Both the position numbers and the translations under genes were made by a program. The notes beneath the pieces were generated by a model, which saw only the letters and a list, made by a program, of their open reading frames with translations, was not told the origin of the DNA and ran no database searches. A stretch of 64,000 bases of DNA from Singulisphaera sp. GP187 (GTDB taxonomy: Bacteria; Planctomycetota; Planctomycetia; Gemmatales; Gemmataceae): the NCBI GenBank assembly GCA_945861245.1, contig CAMAUE010000009.1, positions 60-64,059 of the forward strand. The letters are read 5' to 3'. Below, one piece after another: positions 53,591 through 61,200 of this stretch (positions within the stretch are counted from its first letter, which is position 1; each line of letters opens with the position of its first letter).

Positions 53591-53595
53591 AACTT

Positions 53596-53665
53596 GGTTT
53601 AGCCGCGACGCGACAGCGGAGCGCGAGCTTTATCCAGCGCTCCGCTGGCGCGTCGCGGCTAAACC
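53596..53665. repeat. Family C1 palindromic repeat, copy 2
   Basis: ggtttagccgcgacgcgacagcggagcg / cgctccgctggcgcgtcgcggctaaacc. Confidence 0.85.
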
Positions 53666-53828
53666 AAATCTTTCACAACTGACTTTGCGAACGGTCCTCG
53701 GCCTGTGTTAGGATTAACTCAGCGCGGTCTCCGCAGATCCTCCTTATATTCAAGGTAGCTAGACGAGCGCGCAGACTGGGTGCCCGCGCTTTCTTTTCAA
53801 ATACTCCCTCGAGGAAGAATCCAATTTT

Positions 53829-53856
53829 GTCCGTGGGGCAGGCTTTCCAGCCTGCC
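53829..53856. repeat. Family D short hairpin repeat, copy 2
   Basis: gtccgtggggcaggctttccagcctgcc; compare 13504-13533. Confidence 0.7.
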
Positions 53857-53878
53857 GTATTTTGACCATCAAAGGGTA

Positions 53879-53968
53879 CCTTTTCCGAGCCGCGACTGTC
53901 AGGGAGCGGCCGACAGTGAGCGCACGGCATCTTGTCGGCCGCTCCCTGACAGTCGCGGCTCAGAAAAG
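53879..53968. repeat. Family B palindromic repeat, copy 3
   Basis: ccttttccgagccgcgactgtcagggagcggccgac / gtcggccgctccctgacagtcgcggctcagaaaag, loop agtgagcgcacggcatctt. The C-to-T change in the left arm is compensated by G-to-A in the right arm. Confidence 0.9.
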
Positions 53969-54032
53969 CGACAATCCCACCCGTCGAAGGTATAGAAACC
54001 GCCCCGACACCGAAGTCAAACTGATTCGGTGT

Positions 54033-54086
54033 GGATGTCGATCATGCGGCTCCTGCCAAAAGGGACGAGCGCGACGATCGACATCC
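54033..54086. repeat. Family F hairpin repeat, copy 2 (inverted relative to copy 1)
   Basis: ggatgtcgatc ... ccaaaaggga ... gatcgacatcc, with 11-bp terminal stems. Confidence 0.65.
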
Positions 54087-54289
54087 AACTTTGCTTACGA
54101 GCCAAAAGCGGATCGCGATGTCTACGGAAAGTCCGTTTCCTAGGCTGAAGAGGCATTTTCGTGCGATCAGTCCGATCGAGCAGCCGACGATGTTTACCCA
54201 AGGCATAAATCGGCATCCAATTCATGCGACGCGATTTGACCTGCTGATTTTCTTGACCTAAGCTAAAGCAACGAGTGTTACGCTCGGAG

Positions 54290-54658
54290 ATGATCGTGAT
54301 ACCCAACGCATTGACCCCTGATGGGACGAATAAGACGAAACGCCGAGGCAACTGCCGAGCGACGATCCGCTATCGCTGCGCACCCGCCACGATCGGGAGG
54401 GTGTTCTCGACCGACGATCACGACTTCCAAATCGCATGGATTCTTGATCTATCCCTCACCGGTATTGGCATCCAAGTGACGCGCCAACTTGACCCCGGGC
54501 AGCATATTACTGTCATGCTTCGCAGCTGCGACAATCAACGGCGATTCACGCTGTCCGCTCATGTCGTGCATTGCGATGCGCAACCGCAAGGCGAGTTCAT
54601 CGCCGGTTGCGAGTTGAATACGCCGTTGACCCCGGATGACCTCGATCAGCTTCTCTAA
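54290..54658 (+). CDS. PilZ-domain (c-di-GMP-binding type) protein
   Basis: KRRGNCR (RRxxxR) and DLSLTGIGI (DxSxxG). Start ambiguous (GTG 54275, ATG 54290 or GTG 54296). Confidence 0.75.
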   Translation: MIVIPNALTPDGTNKTKRRGNCRATIRYRCAPATIGRVFSTDDHDFQIAWILDLSLTGIGIQVTRQLDPGQHITVMLRSCDNQRRFTLSAHVVHCDAQPQGEFIAGCELNTPLTPDDLDQLL

Positions 54659-54661
54659 ACC

Positions 54662-55015
54662 GACACTTCTCGCCCATCTCCACTCCAACATTAACCACAG
54701 AGGCACAGAGAGCCTGCGAAGCACTGGGAGTTGGGGGCACGACAACACTTGCATATCAAATGCATTGACCACGAAATACACGAAAAACACCTTGTGACGG
54801 TTAAATGCCCTCCCTCCCTTCCTTTTCGTGTATTTGGTGTGTTTCGTGGTTAAATTCCTACAAATGCTGTCGTGCGCCCGGGAGTTTGGCGCTACTGGTT
54901 TTTGTTGACTACAGTCATCCATTCAGAGGGAGCAGGTTCGCCTTTTTCCGATGCTTTTCTCGGTGCCTCTGTGTTTCTGTGGTGAAGTTAATGTTGGGCA
55001 TCAGCGAGAAGTGTC
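54662..55015. mobile_element. Family E MITE-like element (~354 bp) with ~50-bp imperfect terminal inverted repeats and a nested internal palindrome
   Basis: Left end gacacttctcgcccatctccactccaacattaaccacagaggcacagagag. Right end ctcggtgcctctgtgtttctgtggtgaagttaatgttgggcatcagcgagaagtgtc. Inner pair accacgaaatacacgaaaa / ttttcgtgtatttggtgtgtttcgtggt. It fills the whole gap between two convergent genes and has no coding capacity. Confidence 0.6.
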
Positions 55016-55016
55016 T

Positions 55017-55319
55017 CTAAATTCCTTCAAAATCGAACGCCACGACGCCTTCCAGATCGGGCAGGAATTCCTGTTTCACCTTTTCATGATCGGGGTGAAA
55101 TAGGTAATGATCGCGCGCCGCCGCATCGGTGAACGTCATCACGAAGCCGTGAGTGTAGCCCTGATGCAGTCCCTCGGGGCTTGAATAAGGCCCACCGGTG
55201 AAGGACAGAAAACCCGGCAGCCGTGATTTCAGTTCTTCGAGCGCCGCAAATAGCTGAGCTGCGCGGTGTGCTTTTGCGATCGGGAATTTGAGTAACACGA
55301 TATGATACATTTTCGTCAT
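55017..55319 (-). CDS. Dabb (stress-responsive alpha/beta-barrel) family protein
   Basis: 100 aa. MYHIVLLKF ... GYTHGFVMTFTDAAARDHYLFHPDHEKV ... VAFDFE. Confidence 0.85.
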   Translation of the reverse strand: MTKMYHIVLLKFPIAKAHRAAQLFAALEELKSRLPGFLSFTGGPYSSPEGLHQGYTHGFVMTFTDAAARDHYLFHPDHEKVKQEFLPDLEGVVAFDFEGI

Positions 55320-55421
55320 GGCTCGCTCCTCAGGATGAATAGCATAGAGAGTGGCATTATACGACGCCTGAAATACGCGCGGACGAATGTGCCCCTTTCT
55401 CCATTATTCGGAAGGATTGCC

Positions 55422-56279
55422 ATGCGTTGGTTTCTAATTATCGGGCTTCTGTTGAGCGTCACCGCTTCCGGACGAACGCAAACTCCGTTCGGCAAGGAGT
55501 TCGCGTATCGCAAGGCCGGCGAGCGCGACCTTCGGCTCTATGCCGTTTACCCCAAGGATTGGAAGGCAGACGACCGGCGACCGGCCATCGTGTTCTTTCA
55601 CCACGGCAGCTGGATTGTCGGCAGGCCGATGCAGTTCAACGAACACGCCAAGTATCTGGCGAGCCGAGGCATGGTGGCGATCCAGGTCGAATATCGCTTG
55701 CTCGAACGGGAAGGCAAAGATCAGCCGATCATTTGTATTGAGGACGCTCGTTCGTCGATGCGCTGGGTGCGTAAAAACGCAGCCATGTTGGGCATCGATC
55801 CCAACCGTATCGCATCGGGCGGCGGGTCGGCAGGCGGGCATTTGGCGGCGTTCATCGGTATGATGGACGGCTTCGATGCGCCAGGCGATGACCTGAAAAT
55901 CTCGCCGCGCTCCAACGCCATGGTGCTTTACGATCCGGCTTTCGACAATGGCCCAGGGAAATGGGGCCATGCGCGCGTCAAGGAGCGCTACAAGGAATTT
56001 TCGCCTTTCTACAACGTCGCGCCGAAGCTGCCGCCGAGCATCATTATCGTCGGCGAGAAGGATGGCATCATCCCGCCTAAGGCCGTGCTGGCGTTCGCCG
56101 ACGCCATGAAGAAAGCGGGCAACCGCTGCGAGGCGGTTGTCTATCCGAATCGCCCGCACGATTTTCACAACTGGCGAGCGGGCAAGGCGAATCCTGATTT
56201 CTTCGACACGCTGGAACGTGTGGATCGTTTCCTGATGTCGTTAGGTTGGCTTGTGGGAGAGCCGACGATTAAGAAGTGA
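55422..56279 (+). CDS. Secreted alpha/beta hydrolase (esterase/lipase type)
   Basis: ATG 55422. Signal peptide MRWFLIIGLLLSVTASG. AIVFFHHGSWIVG (oxyanion HGG-like) and GGGSAGGHLAA (GxSxG). Confidence 0.85.
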   Translation: MRWFLIIGLLLSVTASGRTQTPFGKEFAYRKAGERDLRLYAVYPKDWKADDRRPAIVFFHHGSWIVGRPMQFNEHAKYLASRGMVAIQVEYRLLEREGKDQPIICIEDARSSMRWVRKNAAMLGIDPNRIASGGGSAGGHLAAFIGMMDGFDAPGDDLKISPRSNAMVLYDPAFDNGPGKWGHARVKERYKEFSPFYNVAPKLPPSIIIVGEKDGIIPPKAVLAFADAMKKAGNRCEAVVYPNRPHDFHNWRAGKANPDFFDTLERVDRFLMSLGWLVGEPTIKK

Positions 56280-56308
56280 GTGAAGCAACTTGCCGCCAAC
56301 AATACGAG

Positions 56309-56354
56309 CCGGAAGCGTTAGCGACGGACTGGTAGCAACCGTCGCTAACGCTTC
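56309..56354. repeat. Family G hairpin, copy 2, between convergent genes
   Basis: ccggaagcgttagcgacgg / ccgtcgctaacgcttc. Confidence 0.7.
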
Positions 56355-56373
56355 TGCTCGTGTGGCGATCGCC

Positions 56374-57387
56374 TCACTCTTTGCCGCGCAGTTGCACGAA
56401 GCGTTGATAGATCGCCGCCACTTGACCGGCTTCGGCGTCGCCGGTGTGGAGGGCCATGCCGTAGCGCAGGTTTAGGTGCTCGCCTTTCGGCAATTCGACG
56501 AGCTTGTTGTTGCCCTTCATCGCGGGGAACTTGGCGTGTTTCTCTCGTCCAAACGGATTCGCCGCCATCAGGCCGTAACCGCGGACATGCCAACAGGTGG
56601 GTTGCGCGTTTTTCGGGTCCGCCAAAACGGCGAGGCCGACCTGCTTGCCATCAATGGGGCCAGAGTAATCGCACCAGGCGGAGATTTGGCCCCAGCATTC
56701 CTTCTCGCCGATTTTGCCTTCAGCATTCTGAATTTTCCCCTTCGCCTTGGCTGCGTTGATCACGTCGTTAATGCGGATGCCGAACGCGCCTTCCTTGGTA
56801 TCGCCGAAGGTTAGCTTGCAGACGCTGGCGTGCAGGTCGCAGTTGACGACGATGAGCCGAGCCTTGTCCGAGGCGATGCTGTAGAGAGAGATCGTGCGAG
56901 TCTCGTCCATGATCTTTGTGCCGTCGGCCATGCGCCATTCGTTCTTGGTGACGATGGACGAACCCGTCGGCGAATTGACCGGCTCGCCGACGAAGGTGCA
57001 GACCATTTGGCCATGACCCTTTGCCTCGGACCAGAAATCGACGCCGGCGACGCCCTTGATCTTGTTCTTGAGTTCGACGCCCTCGGGGATGATATCGCCA
57101 TGACAGAACCATGCCGATTTTTGGTGCGGATGGTCCGCTGCCTGGCCTTCGGGAGGCGGGTAGTTGCGCGTCAACGGCACTGCGCCCGGGGCGTTGACAG
57201 GCCAAAAGATCGGCTTCGCGTAGCCATTGACGTGATACTTCGTGACCAGGGCATCGCCGATGTGGAAGTCGAGCGTGTCCTTGGTCTTCGTGATCTTGGC
57301 GGCGACTCCTTGTTGCGAGTGAACGCTCGGCGCGAGGCCGGCAATCACGAGAAATACCATGCTGGCGAGATATCGGCGTGAGATCAT
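56374..57387 (-). CDS. Secreted PmoA-family/DUF6807-like protein (tentative)
   Basis: Signal peptide MISRRYLASMVFLVIAGLAPSVHS. ADHPHQKSAWFCHGDIIPEG ... GVDFWSE resembles the HPHH.G.WF.HGDVNG.DFW core of that family. From memory only. Confidence 0.5.
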   Translation of the reverse strand: MISRRYLASMVFLVIAGLAPSVHSQQGVAAKITKTKDTLDFHIGDALVTKYHVNGYAKPIFWPVNAPGAVPLTRNYPPPEGQAADHPHQKSAWFCHGDIIPEGVELKNKIKGVAGVDFWSEAKGHGQMVCTFVGEPVNSPTGSSIVTKNEWRMADGTKIMDETRTISLYSIASDKARLIVVNCDLHASVCKLTFGDTKEGAFGIRINDVINAAKAKGKIQNAEGKIGEKECWGQISAWCDYSGPIDGKQVGLAVLADPKNAQPTCWHVRGYGLMAANPFGREKHAKFPAMKGNNKLVELPKGEHLNLRYGMALHTGDAEAGQVAAIYQRFVQLRGKE

Positions 57388-57447
57388 GATCGAAACTCCG
57401 AACGGGTGGCGGGTAATGATTCAGAAATCGTTGAATAGCAACTTCCT

Positions 57448-57513
57448 TGTATTCCGCTTGCGGCTTAGCGCTCACGTGGGATTATCCGAACGCTAAGCTG
57501 CAAGCGGTGAACA
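57448..57513. repeat. Family A palindromic repeat upstream of the PmoA-like gene
   Basis: tgtattccgcttgcggcttagcgctc / gaacgctaagctgcaagcggtgaaca (slightly diverged right arm). Confidence 0.8.
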
Positions 57514-57586
57514 TCGGCAGGGTCGATTGTATCGCCAACTCACAAGACGTGAAGCGCGAAATAACTGTGAGGTGACATCGCGACCG

Positions 57587-59308
57587 TCAATCCGGTTCCG
57601 GCGGCATGGCGAGCAGGTCCGTAATCGTTTCGTTGGGGTCGGCAATCAGCTCGCTCTTAATCGGTAGCTTTAACGTAAACGTACTGCCGACATCGATTTG
57701 GCTTTGCACCGTGATATCGCCGCCGTGCTCACGCAGAATCTTTCGGCTCACCGGTAGACCGAGGCCCGTGCCGCGCGAGCCTTTGCTACTGACGAACGGC
57801 TTGAAGATGTCATTGAGTTTTGCCGGCGGGATGCCCGGACCGTTGTCGCGCACGACGATCAGAGCCATACCGTCCTCGCCGAAGCGCGTGCTGATCGTGA
57901 TCTCCGGCGCTTCGCGATCCTCGACGGCGTCGATTGCATTGCCCACGATATTGAGCAACGCGCGATGGATGCCTTCGGTGTCAGCTTGCACGATCGGCAT
58001 CGGCTCGGCGAGCACCAGGTCGAACTGGATGTTCCGCTCTTTCGCACGCTGGGCCACCAGTTCATGCACATCCTTCGCGACCTCGTTCAGGTCGGTTCGC
58101 TCCACGGCTGGGATGCGCTCTTTGGAGTAGCTCAGCATGTCCATGACGAGATCGTATATCTTCGCCTGGTTCTTCTCAGCAACTTTCCATCCTTGCTGGA
58201 TTAGCCCGTCATTCTTGTCGCGCAGGCCCATCTTGATGATGTCGCTGCCGGAACGCAGGCCCTGAAGGATGTTCTTGATGTGATGCGAAAGGGCGGCGAT
58301 GGTCTGCCCGATGGCGGCCAGTCGCTCGGCTTGCAGCATCGCATGGTGGTAATGCGTCTCCTCGACTGCCAACGCCGCCTGATGCGCGATTGCGATGGCC
58401 AACGCCAGATGGTCCTCGGTAAATTTTGTTGTGAAGGTCGGGTTGGTGGATTCCCGCTGCGAAACCTGCGTGTCAAGATAGAGCACGCCGATCGATTCGT
58501 GCCGACCTTTCATGGGGACGCAAATCACTTCGCGGATGCCGAGCTTGATGATGCTCTGCCCACTGCGAAAACGCTCATCACTGGCAGCGTCGGACACAAG
58601 GACGCCGACCCGCTCGTTGAGCACATGATCGACGATCGTGCGCGACAACGAAATTTTTTCGCGGCGATCCGCTGGGCGACGCCAATGGAGTGCCTTTGGT
58701 TCCAGCACGCCCGTGTCGTGATTGCGAAGCAGAATGCAGCCTTGGTCGGCGCTGATCGAGCGAAAAATCAGTTCAAGGATGCGATTCAACAGCTGATCGA
58801 TGTCGAGGATGTGGCTGATCGCCTGGCTGGCTTCGTACATGATCGTCAGGTTGGCCAGCGCGCCGCGCAGCCAGGGCGAGTTCTTCTCCGGCTGCAACAG
58901 GATTCGGCTGCCTTCGCCCTCGCCGATCGTCTTGATGATCGCAGAGGAGAGTTCGAGGTCGGTTCTCGAAATGAGGCTGACTTGCTGCACCAACTCAGGT
59001 GAGGGTGGTGCGGCTTCGTCGCGTCCGGTACTGTAAAGAAGCACCGATTGGCCAATGATGATGTGATCGCCGGCATTTAGCGTCGAGCGCTTTACCCGAT
59101 GATCGTTGACAAACGTGCCGTTGGCACTGCTGAGGTCGAGGATTTCATGTCCACCGGGGGTACGGCGCACCTCGGCGTGTCGCCGAGAGACCTCGGTATC
59201 GTGCAAGCGGATGGTATTGCCTGCGTCGCGCCCAAGGGAAACGACAGTTTCCGCAAGGTCGTATTGCTTGCCTTCGTCCGCACCTTTGATGACCAATAAC
59301 CGAGGCAC
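57587..59308 (-). CDS. Cytoplasmic FHA-GAF-histidine kinase
   Basis: N-terminal FHA (VSLGRDAGNTIRLHDTEVSRRHAEV...LSSANGTFVND). Central GAF-like region. H-box AALSHHIKNILQGL. N box NIVGNAIDA. G boxes DNGPGIP and GTGLGLPVSRKILREHGG. No TM segment. GTG start 59308 with GAGGGG upstream. Confidence 0.9.
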   Translation of the reverse strand: MPRLLVIKGADEGKQYDLAETVVSLGRDAGNTIRLHDTEVSRRHAEVRRTPGGHEILDLSSANGTFVNDHRVKRSTLNAGDHIIIGQSVLLYSTGRDEAAPPSPELVQQVSLISRTDLELSSAIIKTIGEGEGSRILLQPEKNSPWLRGALANLTIMYEASQAISHILDIDQLLNRILELIFRSISADQGCILLRNHDTGVLEPKALHWRRPADRREKISLSRTIVDHVLNERVGVLVSDAASDERFRSGQSIIKLGIREVICVPMKGRHESIGVLYLDTQVSQRESTNPTFTTKFTEDHLALAIAIAHQAALAVEETHYHHAMLQAERLAAIGQTIAALSHHIKNILQGLRSGSDIIKMGLRDKNDGLIQQGWKVAEKNQAKIYDLVMDMLSYSKERIPAVERTDLNEVAKDVHELVAQRAKERNIQFDLVLAEPMPIVQADTEGIHRALLNIVGNAIDAVEDREAPEITISTRFGEDGMALIVVRDNGPGIPPAKLNDIFKPFVSSKGSRGTGLGLPVSRKILREHGGDITVQSQIDVGSTFTLKLPIKSELIADPNETITDLLAMPPEPD

Positions 59309-59379
59309 TTTTTTCCCCTCATTGCCGATGAATATGCCTTAAAGGATTCCATGTGGCGGACTGGGTATCCACGCAATGA

Positions 59380-60351
59380 TTATCGATGTGCCTGGCGTTG
59401 CTGTTCCAATGCCACGATACGTAGACGAAGCTCGTCGGGAGTAGACCCAATCAGCGCCTCGTCCGGCGAAATAAGTACGCCGAGGGTTTCTTGCAACATT
59501 TGAATTCGAGCAATCAACTTGCCCTGCGAGAGACCCTGTGAGAGACCCCGTGAGAGACCCTGTGAGAGTCCCTGTGAGAGTCCCTGCGAAAGTCCCTGCG
59601 AAAGTCCCTGCGAAAGTCCCTGCGCCAGGGCCAGTTCACGTGCTTCTTTGATGAAGTAGGTCTGATCGCGCTCCCACTTCAAGCGGGCTTGGTATCGTTC
59701 GCGTTCGATGTCATTTCGCGATAACATTTCCAATTCCTCCAAAGCTTGAAAAACAAATGGCGTATTCAGCACATCGGGCAATGCATCCTTGTCGAGATAT
59801 TTGCCGTGCTTCAAAAAGTAGCACCATACATCGAGTGGATCGCTCAACTCGCCGACCGTCCGTTTGAATTTCGGCAATTCGATCACGTAAATCGACAGGT
59901 CCGGGCAGAACACGAGTGCGGGATGCTTTGCGCTGCGCACCTGGAAAAGATGATGATGGTCGCTCACCTCCGGAAATATCGTGCTGTTCACGATGGCCAC
60001 CGAAATCGTTTGGCGCAATTTTTCGTATTCATCGCCTTTCCTCAACTGCGAAGCATGCAGCCCCGCCCAATAGTATAATATCCGCTGTAGCAGGACATGG
60101 AAGCCGAACAACTGCATCTCAATGTTCAAAAGCCTTCCCGTTAGATCCCGAGCCTTGATATCAAATATTGACAATTTGTCGTCGGCGAAGTCCTTGTCGT
60201 TGAATGGGTTGAGCAGAACCAAATCGGCAACCGATTGGTTTCCCGTTTTTAGCACGGCCCGAACGAAATCCGTCAACACCGGCAGCGTGCGCTCAACGCC
60301 GAATATTCGTTTGAACGCGTAGTCCACACAGGGATCGATTTCGGTAATCAT
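59380..60351 (-). CDS. PD-(D/E)XK nuclease family (Rpn/YhgA-like, transposase_31-type) protein with a C-terminal (GLSQ)n repeat
   Basis: N-terminal DPCVDYAFKRIFG ... LSIFDIKARDLTGRLLNIEMQ (D...D-x-K...E-x-Q nuclease core typical of this family). C-terminal GLSQGLSQGLSQGLSQGLSQGLSRGLSQGLSQG. Confidence 0.75.
   Translation of the reverse strand: MITEIDPCVDYAFKRIFGVERTLPVLTDFVRAVLKTGNQSVADLVLLNPFNDKDFADDKLSIFDIKARDLTGRLLNIEMQLFGFHVLLQRILYYWAGLHASQLRKGDEYEKLRQTISVAIVNSTIFPEVSDHHHLFQVRSAKHPALVFCPDLSIYVIELPKFKRTVGELSDPLDVWCYFLKHGKYLDKDALPDVLNTPFVFQALEELEMLSRNDIERERYQARLKWERDQTYFIKEARELALAQGLSQGLSQGLSQGLSQGLSQGLSRGLSQGLSQGKLIARIQMLQETLGVLISPDEALIGSTPDELRLRIVALEQQRQAHR
59524..59619 (-). repeat. 12-nt coding tandem repeat, 8 units (Gly-Leu-Ser-Gln)
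   Basis: Plus-strand units: ctgcgagagacc, ctgtgagagacc, ccgtgagagacc, ctgtgagagtcc x2, ctgcgaaagtcc x3. Confidence 0.9.
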
Positions 60352-60396
60352 GACGACTGCTTCTTGAAAATAAACAGATCCATGGCCGAAAGTTCA

Positions 60397-61056
60397 TCAC
60401 GAATCCGTCAGTTCCATTCGCATGTCGTGTAGGTTCTCAAACAAACGATCCGGCCTCGCCTGCTCCAACACATGGCGAGGCTCCGAGCCGGTCGGCAGCA
60501 CCCAGACGTTCACGCCGGCCGAGCGTGCGGTCTGAATATCGACTGTCGTGTCGCCCACATACAGCACCTCGTCGCGCGACAGTGACATCCGCTCCAGCGC
60601 TCGCAGCAGCATCTCCGGCGATGGCTTTGGCATGCTCACGTCCTCCGGGCCGAGCACGACATCAAACAACTCGGCGATCCGCAGATGCACGAGCAGCTCT
60701 TGCGAGAAGATGCGCGGCTTGTTGCTGCACAAGCCGATGCGCTTCTGGGCGTGCTTAATCGCGATAAGTAACTCCGCGGCACCCGGCAGCAACCGCGTCA
60801 TCGGCCCCATCACCGTCGGGTGATGCACGCGATACGCCGGCAAATCGTCGGATAGGCGGCAGCCGGGAATCGTGTGTTCCAGCAGATACTCCGGCCCATG
60901 GCCGACGTGGCCTTTCACCTCGGCCACGGACAAAGCCGGCAAGCCGCGCAGGGCACGTACATGGTTCACACTGCAGGCGATCGCGTCGAAGCTGTCGGCC
61001 AAGGTTCCGTCGAAATCAAACACAACCGCCCGGCACATCGCCAAAGTTTTCGCCAT
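60397..61056 (-). CDS. HAD-superfamily hydrolase (phosphoglycolate phosphatase-like)
   Basis: AVVFDFDGTLADS (DxDGT motif I), GLCSNKP (motif II), YVGDTTVDIQTA (motif IV). Confidence 0.85.
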   Translation of the reverse strand: MAKTLAMCRAVVFDFDGTLADSFDAIACSVNHVRALRGLPALSVAEVKGHVGHGPEYLLEHTIPGCRLSDDLPAYRVHHPTVMGPMTRLLPGAAELLIAIKHAQKRIGLCSNKPRIFSQELLVHLRIAELFDVVLGPEDVSMPKPSPEMLLRALERMSLSRDEVLYVGDTTVDIQTARSAGVNVWVLPTGSEPRHVLEQARPDRLFENLHDMRMELTDS

Positions 61057-61200
61057 TTCGCATTCGCTTTCCTGTTGCGTTGGTCGGACCCTTCGTCTAT
61101 CTTATCAACCTCCCCATCTGGGCACATGGGAAGACCCGCGAGAAGAAATCCACGCTGGACTGTGCCAATGGATCCAACCTGTCGCCAAGAAGTGAGCGCC

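Noticed and set aside
53311-54351. ORFs 53311-53682, 53673-53930, 53780-53995, 53862-54143, 54016-54351 and 54031-54261
   Set aside because: They are assembled from arms of palindromic repeat families and overlap each other on both strands. None has motifs or RBS support.
54449-54922. 157-aa minus-strand ORF spanning the PilZ 3' end and the MITE-like element
   Set aside because: It is largely a translation of repeat sequence (TKHTKYTKRKGG...) and antisense to the PilZ gene.
59524-59619. Possible CRISPR array (regular short repeats)
   Set aside because: The period is only 12 nt with no spacers, and the repeats are in frame within a CDS. No cas genes are present. This is a coding microsatellite.
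60874-61200. Long N-terminal extension of the rhomboid ORF
   Set aside because: It overlaps the HAD hydrolase gene antisense, with shadow-like sequence. Plausible ATG starts exist at 61126, 61168 and 61201.
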